64,000 bases of DNA, taken from Azolla caroliniana. Taxonomy: Eukaryota; Plantae; Polypodiophyta. This document shows, one piece after another, positions 38,101 through 48,680 of this stretch (position 1 is its first letter; every line of letters begins with the position of its first letter). The DNA is taken from positions 2,108,001 to 2,172,000 of the forward strand of contig JBHGNT010000008.1 in assembly GCA_043228905.1 (NCBI GenBank), in the 5' to 3' direction. Made by a program: the position numbers and the translations under genes. Under the pieces are notes generated by a model. It worked only from the letters and a program-made list of their open reading frames with translations, was not told the DNA's origin and did not search any database.

Positions 38101-38370
38101 CGGAACGTGTCGAACATCCTTCAGCAGCATCTTGCATCCGGTTGATGTCCTCAGCCACACGTCTCCTATGCCGGCAATCCGGCATGTACCTTCATTTCCC
38201 ATCCGGACACAGCCGTGCTCACCGGCTGTGTAGGATGAGAAGTATTTCTTCTCCGGGGTCAGGTGGAACGACGCTCCGGAATCGACCACCCAGGTCATCT
38301 CTTCACCGGCAAGGTTCAGCTCCCTCTCTTCGGTAATGAGCATTATCTCTTCTTCACTTGCCGCGAGTGC
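35167..38370 (-). CDS. Copia B pol frame (PR-IN-RT-RH), open but disconnected from gag by a 22-bp deletion
   Basis: Part of the 1140-aa ORF 35167-38589, with VVDSGASFH, IN core, LYVDDML and RH motifs uninterrupted. Confidence 0.88.
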   Translation of the reverse strand, partial: ALAASEEEIMLITEERELNLAGEEMTWVVDSGASFHLTPEKKYFSSYTAGEHGCVRMGNEGTCRIAGIGDVWLRTSTGCKMLLKDVRHVPEVRLNLISAGRLDDEGYTGSIRNGVMKFSKGSLIVARARKVNTLYLMNSRLCPEELNVAADTAGELWHKRLCHMSEKGMKRLAEDNLIPVKHVHLEKCTDCLAGKQNRASFHSRPPTRRSAPLELVHTDVCQVETKSHGGAQYFVTFIDDHSRKLWTAPLKTKDQVLSVFKELHARVERESGKELKAIRADNGGEYRGQFEEYCRSKGIRLEFTVPKTPELNGLAERMNRTIMERVRSMLAHAKLPKGFWAEAMSTATYVINRSPSVPLDGDTPQRVWTGREVSYRHLKVFGCLAYVHVAKDRRGKLDPKTRPCIFLGYGDDEFGYRVWDPVDKKIFRSRDIIFMEDKTLADWESEKKMKSSKSTGEDKLYEEQSRPARDRLALEDPAEDGEETEPAEEDETDTGTGPDPEMDSDEEETEEPVIEAPERRYPLRERRAPRRFPEPEHVLLTDEGEAESFEEAKLDTHSRRWLSAMQEEMDSLHENHTYKLVELPKGKRALRNKWVFKLKPGDAGNPPRYKARIVVKGFQQKKGVDFDEIFAPVVKMTSIRTVLSIAASMDLEVEQMDVKTAFLHDDLEEEIYMQQPEGFEKKGKEHLVCRLKKSLYGLKQAPRQWYRKFDSFMTDEGYHKTQSDHCVFVKEFEGGDFLILLLYVDDMLIVGRDQAKIRMLKKALHRTFSMKDLGPARQILGMHIIRDRKKKQLWLSQEKYVTKVLHRFNMSEARPVGSTLPANYKLSSKQSPKTKAEKEDMMKVPYASAVGSLMYAMVCTRPDIGYAVGVVSRYMSNPGKEHWNAVKWILRYLKGTSNMCLRFGSGKPELDGFTDSDMSADADTSRSTSGYVMTYAGGAVSWQSRLQKTVALSTTEAEYMAAVEAGKEIIWMKDFIGELGIRQEEYRLYCDSQSAIHLAKNAAYHSRTKHIQRRYHWIRERIEDKEFVLTKIHTDENGSDMLTKVLTPDKLEACRKRIGLERHPMPK

Positions 38371-39218
38371 CCTCGCCGATCCGGACCTCTCCGGTCCGTG
38401 GCTCCCCGGTATGCACCGTTTCGCTCCGGTGACTTCTTCGAATCGGTGTCGTCGACTCCGTTGTCCTTTCGGTAATGCCGACAATTCTTCCGGAAGTGCC
38501 CCGGCTTCCCACAGTGGAAGCATGTGGGTCTTCCTCTTGACTGCGACCGGGTCCCTGACTTCTCCCGTCTTTGCGGACTCCGGTTCCATTGTCTTCCCCG
38601 TTCCGATTCTATAAGCAGCGCCTTCGAGTCGGAGGCCGGTTCTTTATCTCTCCGACGCGCTTCTTCGTTCAAAATACTTGTCTTTACCGTTTGTAGAGAC
38701 AAGTTATCTTCGGTGCAGGAGGTGCTGAGAGTCACCACCAAGTTCTCCCAGCTTTCCGGCAATGTACACATCAGGATGATGGCTTGCATTGCATCCTCCA
38801 ACGGGAACTTGATCGCCGCAAGCTGGTTCACGAATCCCATGAACGTGCTTACGTGTTCCACCATACTCTCTCCGTCGCGGTACTTGAGGTTCACTATCTT
38901 CCTCATCAGGGAGATCCGGTTCAACGCATTCTTCCTCTCGTAGAGGCCCGACAGCTTCCGCCACATCTCGTATGCGTTGGTGTCGTTCGCCACATGTTGT
39001 AGAACGCTCACGTCGACGTATTGCCGAATGGTTGCAATGGCTTTCCGGTTCAGAAGCCTCCATTCCGTCTCAAGTACCCCCTTGGGTTTTTCCGACCTGT
39101 CAATCGGTTCATACAGGTCCCGAACAATGAGCAGATCCTCCATCTTTATCTTCCAGTCGGCGTAGTTCTGCGCATTCAGCACCATCATCCCCGGCTGCCT
39201 GCTGCTGCTGCCTTCCAT
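38343..39218 (-). CDS. Copia B gag with zinc knuckle, ending shortly after the frameshift
   Basis: MEGSSSRQPGMMVLNAQNYADWKIKMEDLL...CFHCGKPGHFRKNC; ATG lies about 17 nt after the PBS. Confidence 0.85.
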   Translation of the reverse strand: MEGSSSRQPGMMVLNAQNYADWKIKMEDLLIVRDLYEPIDRSEKPKGVLETEWRLLNRKAIATIRQYVDVSVLQHVANDTNAYEMWRKLSGLYERKNALNRISLMRKIVNLKYRDGESMVEHVSTFMGFVNQLAAIKFPLEDAMQAIILMCTLPESWENLVVTLSTSCTEDNLSLQTVKTSILNEEARRRDKEPASDSKALLIESERGRQWNRSPQRREKSGTRSQSRGRPTCFHCGKPGHFRKNCRHYRKDNGVDDTDSKKSPERNGAYRGATDRRGPDRRGHSRQVKKR

Positions 39219-40889
39219 TTTCTGCACTGCCGTCACTCTGATACCACTTTGTTGTGCACAGTGCTCGGCCACAACCGAGGAATATGATTAACTCACAGAA
39301 AACAGGAAATACAAAATGCACCGTTCAGTAGAGAGAAGAGTACACTGGATGTTTTACGTGGAAAACCATAAATGGGAAAAACCACGGGAGTCCTCGAACT
39401 CCAACTATCACTACAAACAGAGATGTGCAATGGTGAAGCTACAAGGCAACAACCTTGAGCTCACTGTCTTCGCCACAGGCGGCGGTAATACACAGAGGCA
39501 ATGACCTCTTCGTCTTTCTCTCTCTCTCTCTCTCTCTCGGCTGCTCTCTTCACTCTCTCTAAGCGGAAAACAGAAAGATGAGCAACAACACCTAAAACTG
39601 TTTGCCCTAAGTCATATTTATACACATATGACTTTCGGGCTATTTACAAATATAGCCTCAAGGGCCCTTGGCAAACATATTCACAAATATGTCCCCGCAT
39701 CCGGATCTCTCTCTCCGGGTACATTCGTCATCCGGTTCCGTAACCGGGTCTTCATCATCCGGCTCCGTAACCGGGGTCTTCATCATCCGGCTCCGTAGCC
39801 GGGGTCTTCATCATCCGGTTCCGTAACCGGGGTCGTAACCGTAACCGTAATTGCCGTCATTCATCTCCGGACATCCCATCCGGAGGGACCAAAAATCCCA
39901 ACAATACTTTACGTGTACTGCTGTTTTTCCAGGTTTAGACAAGGAGTGGAGGGAGGTTCTTCACAAAATTGGGGCAGCAATAGGTAGAGTTTTACATGTT
40001 AACTCATCTACATTCAAGGATATTGTAGAAAAAGGAGGAGCTCCGTCAGTCAAGTTACTTTGCAAGAAAGATGTAGTGTTACCTAATTGGATTCGCCTTC
40101 CAAAACTGCAAGGTAATATGTTTCAAAAAATTCAGAAAGTGCTTTACTTTGGGTTGCCCAACCAATGTTTTTCTTGTAAAAAAATTGGTCATTTAGCAAA
40201 AGATTGTTTGATTGTCCATGGGAAGCCTATTGTAGCTATGCATAAGCAAAATAATAATGTGGTCACTTCACTGGTGCCTCATGAAACTCAACAAGTAAAG
40301 GGTTTTGATATATTGTTAGATAAAGTGGGTAAGGGAAAAGGTGTTGATATGAGTTGTTCCAATGTCCCTCAATTTGCACTATCGGAAGGTAGTATGGACA
40401 CGTTGAGGCAAGATTTAGGAATGTCGATTTCTGCTCCATCTTTGGAGATCATTCCAGCCATTCCTCCTCCCTTAGTGTTGCCTGAATGTAGTATGGACGC
40501 TTTGCAAAAAGATGTAGTTATGCCGGTTTCCGTTTCCTCTTTGGAAATTGTTCCAGTCATTGACTCAATGCTAGAACAAGATCCGACGAAAGTTAAGGCG
40601 TCAGTTCAGAAAATGATAACATCGTTTCAACATAATGATGCAAAGGTAAATGCTCGATCATATTCAGATGTTTTGCAGACAGGGGTGGGGCAATCACCGT
40701 ATGTTTTTGCATCTGCAAAGGATACTATAGAAGCGCTTGGGAATAGCAAAAATAGGGTATATAAAGACCATCGTGTGTTAGTCAAGGATTTCCGTGTGGA
40801 AAAAAGAATAACAAGAGCAGTAACTTCATCTCAAAAGGAGAGACAAGTGGTTTTGACTGATAAGAGGTCTTCTCCATCTCAATCTTGAT

Positions 40890-43800
40890 ATGTATTATTT
40901 TAATATTTTATCTTGGAACCTTCAAGGGTTAGGTACGAGTCGTTGTAATAGAGTAAGATGTTACTTGAATCAAGAATTATCTTTACCTTCAATAGGTCAA
41001 CTTGATATGCTATGCTTTCAAGAACACCATCTTAATTCACAAAGGATAGCATCGAATAGAAATTTACTACGTGGTAATTGGATTTATGAATGGGTTCCGG
41101 CTTTTGGACCATCTGGTACTCAAGGTGGCCTTTGTATCGCACTTAAAATGCAATGGCAGTCTAATGTACAAGCTAAAGGAGTATTGTTTGGTGGTAGAGT
41201 TCAATATATGCTTATTCTTATCTCCGGAAAATTGATTGGTTTTTTGAATGTATATGCTCCGAATTCTGTTACTGGAAGAATTCGTTTGTGGAATAAGTTA
41301 TTGCAAGATCTTCCTGTGGCACAACATTGGTGCATGTGTGGTGATTGGAACATGATTGAAAGCCCTAATGATAGATTAGGTGGATCTTCTACTACTATAT
41401 CGGGTTTAGAATTGCGTGAGTGGGAAAAGTTAATTTTCAAATATGCAGTTACTGATTTGTGGCATATTCCAACCTTCTCTCGCATGCCCGATTCCTTGTT
41501 ATACTCACGTTCCAATCGAAGAAGTGTTGCTCTTAATCTGTCGAGAATAGATAGGTTTTATGCAGATTCTTTTTTTTGGGATCGTGGAGGATATGTGGGT
41601 ATTATATCAGGCACTTCGTTCTCAGATCATGCCCCGATTATGCTCAAATTCTGTATGAACAGCCATACTTCTATTTCTCGATTGTATGTGCCAAGGTTTA
41701 TTGTTGATGATATGAGTTTGCAGAATACAGTTTTGTCAATTTGGAGAATGGCTGTAGGAGATTCTAATTGTCAAAAATTACAGAATGCTCTTCTCACAGT
41801 TTCCAACTTCTTTATACAACAAGTTAAGTTAAAACAAAGTAGCTACACTAGAAAATTGCTGAATGCTAAGAGAGGTTTGGCTTCTCTTCAAATTTTGCAA
41901 GAAAAACAGCCTCATTCTCAATATATTCATTGTGAATTACAGAATGTTATGATGCTTATTTCTTTTCTGCAGCAAAAACGTGCTCAATTTTTTCTTCATG
42001 CATCTGTAGCAAGATGGTGTACAAAAGGAGACACCATGTCAAAATTCTTTTTCCAACATGTTACGCCTAAAAGAAATAAAATTCAGATTGTACAATTGAA
42101 AAGATCTGATGGTACAATTACTATGGATAAAGATGAAATGAGTAACATTGTTGCCACTTATTATGAGTCGTTGTTATCAGCAGATACTCCAACTGTTGAA
42201 ACTCAACAAATGCGCCAAAAAGTATGGGCTGTTACTGTGGTTAAGGTAACATATCGGATATCTCTTCAGCTTCTTCGTCCATTTTCATCCTTTGAAATAT
42301 TACAAGCTATTAAAGGTGTTGTGCCACTTATTATGAGTCGTTGTTATCAGCAGATACTCCAACTGTTGAAACTCAACAAATGCGCCAAAAAGTATGGGCT
42401 GTTACTGTGGTTAAGGTAACATATCGGATATCTCTTCAGCTTCTTCGTCCATTTTCATCCTTTGAAATATTACAAGCTATTAAAGGTGTTGTGCCACTTA
42501 TTATGAGTCGTTGTTATCAGCAGATACTCCAACTGTTGAAACTCAACAAATGCGCCAAAAAGTATGGGCTGTTACTGTGGTTAAGGTAACATATCGGATA
42601 TCTCTTCAGCTTCTTCGTCCATTTTCATCCTTTGAAATATTACAAGCTATTAAAGGTGTTGGGCCAGATGTGTCCCCGGGAGTAGATGGAATGGGAAGAG
42701 ATTTTTTCATTACATATTGGGATTTGATTGCCGAAGATCTATTGGCAGCATTTCAAGAAATGTTCAATACAGGTATTATGCCACAAAAGTGGAAAGAGGG
42801 ATTAATATGCCTCATTCCGAAAGGTGAGGTTGTTACGGATGAGGTGAAGGGTTGGCGGCCCATTACTTTATTGAATACAATTTACAAAATCTATGCTAAG
42901 TTATTGGCTTTGAGATTACAACCTTTTCTTTCAGAGATTGTGCATGATTCACAGACGGGATTTATGCAAGAACGTAGTATTTTTGACAATATTTTTTTGT
43001 TTTGGGAATTAACAGGGATGGCAATGAAAACTAAAGAAGATCTAGCGGTACTTTTATTAGATTTTGAGAAGGCATATGATAGAGTTGATTGGGACTTCAT
43101 GGAAGGTTCATTATTGAGATTAGGTTTTCCTGCGCAGTGGATTAGGGCTGTAGCTTCCTTGTATCGTGAGGCCTTTAGTTCAGTGTTGGTCGCCGGTGGG
43201 CAAACTAGAAAATTTTCTATCTCGCGTTCGGTTCGTCAAGGTTGTCCATTGGCCCCATTCCTGTTTTTGCTAGTTATGGAAACATTCTCAATGTATTTAA
43301 ACTCCTCTCAAGTTGCTTTGAAGGGTTTGCCTTTGCCTGCCACGCAACAACAAATGTTGGATGCAGAATTTGCAGATGATACTGCAATTTATGTTCAAGG
43401 TAATGAGGAAAATTTAAGTAAATTGCAAGAAGTAGTGGAGGAATTTTGTTTGGCCTCTGGAGCAAAGATAAATTGGCATAAATCTCTTGGCTTTTGGGTG
43501 TCACAAAATTCCTTGCCTAATTGGATGCCTTCGCAGGAATTCAAGTGGGTTCCTAATGGAACCACTACTCGTTACTTAGGCTGTCAAGTGGGACTTCATG
43601 TTACTGCAGATATGTTAGTTGCTCCTCTACTTGTAAAATTAAGAAGAAAATTGTTGCTTTGGGATTCGGTTAACCTGTCACTTGCAGGTCGTATACTTGT
43701 AGCTAACCAAGTGTTTTTAGCGACTATTTGGTATGTTGCTTCAACTACATTGTTTGCTAGATCATGTATTTTACAGGTGCAACGCCTCATTCGTAACTAC

Positions 43801-45567
43801 ATTTGGGGAGGGAAAACAGGTCAAGGTAAAAGGCCTAAAGTAGCTTGGGCAGTATTGATTGCTCCACGACAAAATGGTGGGATGGGGCTGGTAGATCCAA
43901 ATGCACAGTGTAAGGCTTTGCTTTCTAAATTTGTGTGCAGAGCTATGCTGCCAATGCAAGGTGTTTGGAGTCGTTTGATGATGCATAGGTTGTCTACTAT
44001 GTGCCCATCAATAGGAGGAAAGTGGCAACCATCTTTAAGATGGGGTTTTATTCAGAATTTTCATTTGTTTAAAACAACCTTATTAGAAGATAGGTTTTTT
44101 AATGGAATTCTCACAAGTTGGTCAGCTGTCAAAAAGTTTCTAATTCGGAAGGTACCTTCGACAACGGATGACTTGTTGAGACAACCCTTGATCTGGAACT
44201 TTCTCTTTTCAGATTCAAGGGGTTTTCTGCTTGGTAGTCGTCCTCGGTTGAATTGGGCTTCTATGGATGCATCAATAGCAGGTAATGTTCAAGCATGGGG
44301 ATGCTATGTTATGAATCAACAGTTACAACCTTTGTCGAGGCCTTCAGTTCGAGGAAGTGCTATTATGTGCGATAATATGCAAGTGGCATTGGGACAATTT
44401 ATGGCTTCATGGTCCCCCTCTAGCAATCAGATTTGGTTTGGTTATTTCTCTCCTCTAAAAGTGATTTTAGGAGCTAAAGTAACTAACACTATGGGTGATG
44501 TAATATACTTTAATGTGGATGATGATGGTAGGTTGTGGCATGTATTTTCTGAATCAGATGTGTGGATATCCGCCAATGTTTCAGCGATTCGAGTAGTTGC
44601 AAGATGGGGAAAAAAATGGCTCTTGGATCCACCATTTCAAGAATGCTTACGGTGTTGTTCGTTGTGGGTTTTTCAAAAAAAGCCGCTTTATAATTTGGAT
44701 TGGGATCCAGCTGATTATCAATGGAAAAAACCGAATGCTAATGGAAATGGTAAACACTTAGAGTTCTTTCAGTATTCAGTTAAGTTAGGTAGAAATTTAT
44801 TATTGCAATCAAAGTATAAATGCCCGGCTGCCATGAAGCATTGGATTGCAAATAATGTGAATGAACTACAACTTACAAAATTTTGGAAATGGTTGTGGAG
44901 TATGCAGTTGCCGAAAAAAGTTATTTGTTTTCGTTGGTTGTTGATACATTATGCTCTTCCTGTTGGTGATTGGTTGAGGCAAAATCAGCAATATGCTTGT
45001 GGAATGCATTGTGGTGAATCTACGGAATCTATTTTGCATTTGTTTTGGATGTGTCCCAAAATCAAGCAATTCTGGAGTAAGTTGTTTTTAGTACTAAGAA
45101 ACCACTATGCTCGTTCTACTTTCTCGTGGGGTGCAGTATTATGGGGTGTCCTTCATGGAGATGTTATGAATTACGAACGTATGCATGCTTCTCATGTTTT
45201 TTACTTTTCCAATGGGTACATCTATCTCACTTCATTTCCATCTGTTATTCCTCGGTTTAGAACTGAAAATCTGGTTATTTGGCGTACTGTTACGTCACTA
45301 GCGCTGTGGACAATATGGAAAACGAGATGCGATGCTGTTTTTAATAATGCTCACATACATCTCAATAATATGCTTATTGAATTCTGGTGGTTATTTGTCC
45401 ACACCATACGTGGACAATATGATGATTTGCAGGGTACAACTGATGCTCAAAGGCAACGTCAAGTGGACTTTAAGAAACGGTGGCGAGGGCTTCACTTATT
45501 TTCAGATACGTCTCCTGGTATGAAGTGGAATTATTCCATTCCTCCTTTTTTATTGCATAGCTTGTAG
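40890..45567 (+). pseudogene. LINE-2 ORF2 (EN-RT-extra domain-zf), 1445 aa if the 170-bp triplication is collapsed
   Basis: EN: SWNLQGL, FQEHH, NVYAP, GDWN, SRIDRFY, SDHAP. RT: LDFEKAYDRV, RQGCPLAP, FADD. Cys/His motif: CGMHCGESTESILHLFWMC. Confidence 0.93.
42152..42661. repeat. Three identical 170-bp tandem copies in LINE-2 ORF2
   Basis: TGCCACTTATTATGAGTCG... starts at 42152, 42322 and 42492. Confidence 0.97.
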
Positions 45568-45741
45568 ATGGTGTTCCATTTGTTCCTATTGTGATATCAT
45601 CTGTATCATCAGATGTTGGTATTAGGTTTTGTATTACAATAGAGCTGAGATGAAATGTCTCCCTCTGTTTTCTATATGTACATTTCTCAAGTAATTTACT
45701 AAGGTGTATCTTTTTTTTTTTTAAACTTATATTATTTAATG

Positions 45742-46283
45742 GCGTTAACACTTTGCATTTTGCTCTCCACCATCTAAGATGTATCTCTTGAAATCATATA
45801 TTACCTTCAAGTGTTCCACAATTGGGCGTGGCTTATATGCATCACGAATGATGTCGAACAACTTAGGTAACGTGAAAGCATCATATCGTGATAACTACCT
45901 AGAGAAGTTACCGAACATCTGATCGATATGGTCATGTGTGTGACCAACCAATAGAAAGTTAACTTTCACTTTCCTAAAAATTCCTTGGTTCACCAGCATA
46001 CTTAGATAACCAAAGACCGTAGAATTTTTGTTTTCACAAGCAGTATTGTCAAGTTGAATATATAAAGTTGGCGGCAAAGACGGCCCCCAAGACATAAAAA
46101 CTTTTTGAATCACAGTGACTGTTAAATTAGGGTCATTGTGGACATTTGGGTAGGTAACGAAGACATGAGACTTAACACTTCCATTATACGCTAAACAACC
46201 CACCAAGTGCATCTGCACGAGACAATCATCGTTGACATCTTTAGGAAAATGTTTAAGATGAGGTAGAAAATCTTCTCCTTGTC
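45742..46283 (-). pseudogene. Transposase catalytic-core fragment of transposon H
   Basis: LYIQLDNTACENKN...YLSMLVNQGIFRKVKVNFLLVGHTHDHIDQMF, the DN..xNKN / GH...D..F pattern of Sola1-type DDD transposases. Confidence 0.78.
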
Positions 46284-46334
46284 TGTCGTTGTCTCTGTAC
46301 GCCATATCAAGCTCTTATTACCTCCTAACACCAT

Positions 46335-46452
46335 AACTCGATACGTCGTATCGAGTTGAGACCCCCAACTCGATACGCCGTATCGAGTTGAGGCTCCTAA
46401 CGCTAGAAGTCGATACGTCGTACCGAGTTGTGACCCCCAACTCGTATCGAGT
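46335..46452. repeat. Array of 23-bp palindromes AACTCGATACG-N-CGTATCGAGTT
   Basis: Two perfect copies, one degenerate and one partial. Confidence 0.9.
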
Positions 46453-47266
46453 CAGGGTTACAGAGCCACTGGCGCAGTTAGACAACACTATTAATGTACA
46501 TTACACCATCAGAAACACGAAAGCAAACATTAGGCTAAAAATAAGAAGTAAAAGCATGTTTAGAAATTCTGAATTAAGGTCAAAATACAGTAGAATTTGG
46601 CCTACAATTTGAGATTTGGACACTGATGGGGATGTCAAAATTCTAGTAATTTGAGGGTTTAGAGAACTCAGAGACGTTAGATATACATTTATCTTGCCCT
46701 GTAATCAAGTTCCTAGCTTTCTAACCTTGTTTCCCCCATCCTACAAGTCCTTTACACCACTTACTAGGAATGTGCTTATTCTAACACTGAAATGAGGCCA
46801 AAACATTACTGGATTGCTAATTTGGCACACCATACCACCTTCATTTACTCGGAATGTGCATACTGTAAGACTGAAGTGAGGCCAAAACATTACCATACCA
46901 CCTTACTACCTTACTACCATTGCCAGTTAGGAGGATCTAAGTTTAGGTTTCACTATTCCGTTATCTGAACTCCCTTTCCAGTGCCTCTTACTAGGTTTTT
47001 GACCTTATTACTACACCCTTTAAGTAGGTCCCTTACACAAGTTGTTAGGCAAGAGCTTAATGAGGCCAAGCTATTTTTTGAATTCTCATTTTCCAAACCT
47101 TGCCATCTTACAATACATTATCATTTGAGAGAATGTAGGTTTAGGTTCACGGTTCTATTATTTCATGTAGGTCGACTGATCCTATGGAGGAGAGGCCACT
47201 CAAAAAAATCGGATTAAGTATCAAAGCTCTCCTCCAGAGACAACAAAGATCCCTGTTGTCACGTAT

Positions 47267-47761
47267 TTGCAAACGCGAAAGAAACTCGTGTTTGAGGATG
47301 AAGTCGTGAGGCAGCCGTTTGACGAAGTTAGTCAGAAGACATCTATCACAGCTGGAGGAGGTGAAGACCAGCTGGACAAAGACTTAATTGGACACGAGTG
47401 GGCATTGCAATATGTCGACTCGAAAAAGAAGGTAGTACTCTTAGTTTCCAAACTGGCTGGATGTGGGATGCTTGCCCAAGATCGGCCATTTAGCTATGGC
47501 AAAATTTTGCAGCTTGATTATGAAGACGCAGACTCAACTAATTTGATTGTGTTAGTCAATTGCACAAAAGGAGTCTGTAAGATGACCGTCTCCGAAGACT
47601 ACTTGTTGAAGGATTCATGCGGGCCAGAATCCTTCCGGAATGCTATTGAGACAAGTACCAACTTGATAACAACATTGAGGCCATACATTCAAGGCCATGT
47701 TAATTTGAAGGTAGCCTCTTTATCACCTGTTAAAGCACCAATAAAGAAATATGTTGTGTAG
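47267..47761 (+). other. Unassigned open frame (164 codons, no ATG start) inside transposon H
   Basis: Protein-like composition, but no family recognised. Confidence 0.3.
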
Positions 47762-48571
47762 TCCAGGCTCAAAAAAAGAAGGTGACAAGAATGTCATATT
47801 CTGAGTCATCGAGTTCAACAGAAAATGATGAGGCTTGATCTACACTAGGAGCAGAGCTTGCGTCTGGTGTGTTGTCATCAGAACAAAATAAAATAAGAAG
47901 GGACATCATCCATAGAAAGCTTGTGTGAAGGGGCAAGTTTTTAACCTTCCGATAACCCATATCCATCGCCCCCCTCTAGATGAGAATATAGGACATCATC
48001 CTTTGGAGATCAAAGAACCACATAAGATGCACGTCCAAAACTTATAGTGGGACTAAAGCAGGCATTGGTAGATATTGGGGAGCATTTGCTTTAATGGAGG
48101 GGATTATACAACAAAAATCATGTTTCTATGGTTGATGGTTGTCTGGATTGGATGTATGGAGGGCTATCAATGTGTGTTATGTATAGATGATTAGTACTCC
48201 ATTTGTATATATGTCTTTAACTTCTTGATTTAGTGTTTATGTGTACACAATCAAATGAAAATTTTAATACATGTTTCAACGTTGTCGCGAAGATGCGAGT
48301 GCGTGCGTGCTTCAATTGAGCGGGACCACCGGGGTCTCGGACCGGGGAGGACGTTCGCGAAATTGTCGAAAAGATGACGATGTGTATGTAGGAATCGAGG
48401 AACCTAATGTCACACTTGAGAAGAACAAAGATTTTACACTTGAGAAGAAGATATATTTCAAGAAGAATATTAAGAAGAAGATTATATTGATGGTGATGAT
48501 ACTGATATCACATATTGAGGCCCCCCTTACACAAGCTTTACTAGAGGCTTTTATAGGTCTCTCCATGCTTG

Positions 48572-48680
48572 TGACATGCACAAAACCATGGGCTAAAACC
48601 ATGGTTTTGTGCACACGGTTTTGCTTATGACATGCACAAAACCATGGGCTAAAAACCATGGTTTTGTGTACCCGGTTTTG
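48572..48680. repeat. Two 56-bp direct repeats, each a long hairpin
   Basis: TGCACAAAACCATGG-gctaaaa-CCATGGTTTTGTGCA (15-bp stem), followed by a near-identical second copy. Confidence 0.9.

Larger units (their letters stand above)
34490..39903 (-). mobile_element. Full-length young Ty1/copia element B (same family as A), 5414 bp, TSD ATACT
   Basis: LTRs at 34490-35155 and 39250-39903 differ by about 4 substitutions and two CGTAAC units. PBS at 39235-39246; TSD at 34485-34489 and 39904-39908. Confidence 0.97.
34075..40888 (+). pseudogene. LINE-2 ORF1 (464 aa when rejoined), split by copia B
   Basis: 34075-34489 plus 39909-40888 is in frame (ATGY|FTCTAVFPGL); zinc knuckle CFSCKKIGHLAKDC. Confidence 0.9.
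33800..45722 (+). mobile_element. Apparently full-length L1-clade LINE (LINE-2), about 6.16 kb once copia B and the duplication are removed; 19-bp TSD
   Basis: TSD AAACTTATATTATTTAATG at 33781-33799 and 45723-45741; ORF1 and ORF2 present; ends in T12. Confidence 0.94.

Noticed and set aside
38343-38589. Programmed gag/pol frameshift or separate pol start in copia B
   Set aside because: Copies A and C read through this region in a single frame, and a 22-bp microhomology-flanked deletion explains the shift.
45711-45722. A true poly(T)-tailed LINE family
   Set aside because: LINE-4 shows T6-GG-A8 and LINE-1 has an A-rich tract after its T-run. The T-tract is therefore probably templated and subterminal rather than a replacement for poly(A). 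Kept only as a conserved 3'-motif finding.
46335-46452. Spaced palindromes as a CRISPR-like array
   Set aside because: Linkers are short, unequal and partly repeated; there are only 3-4 units and no cas context.
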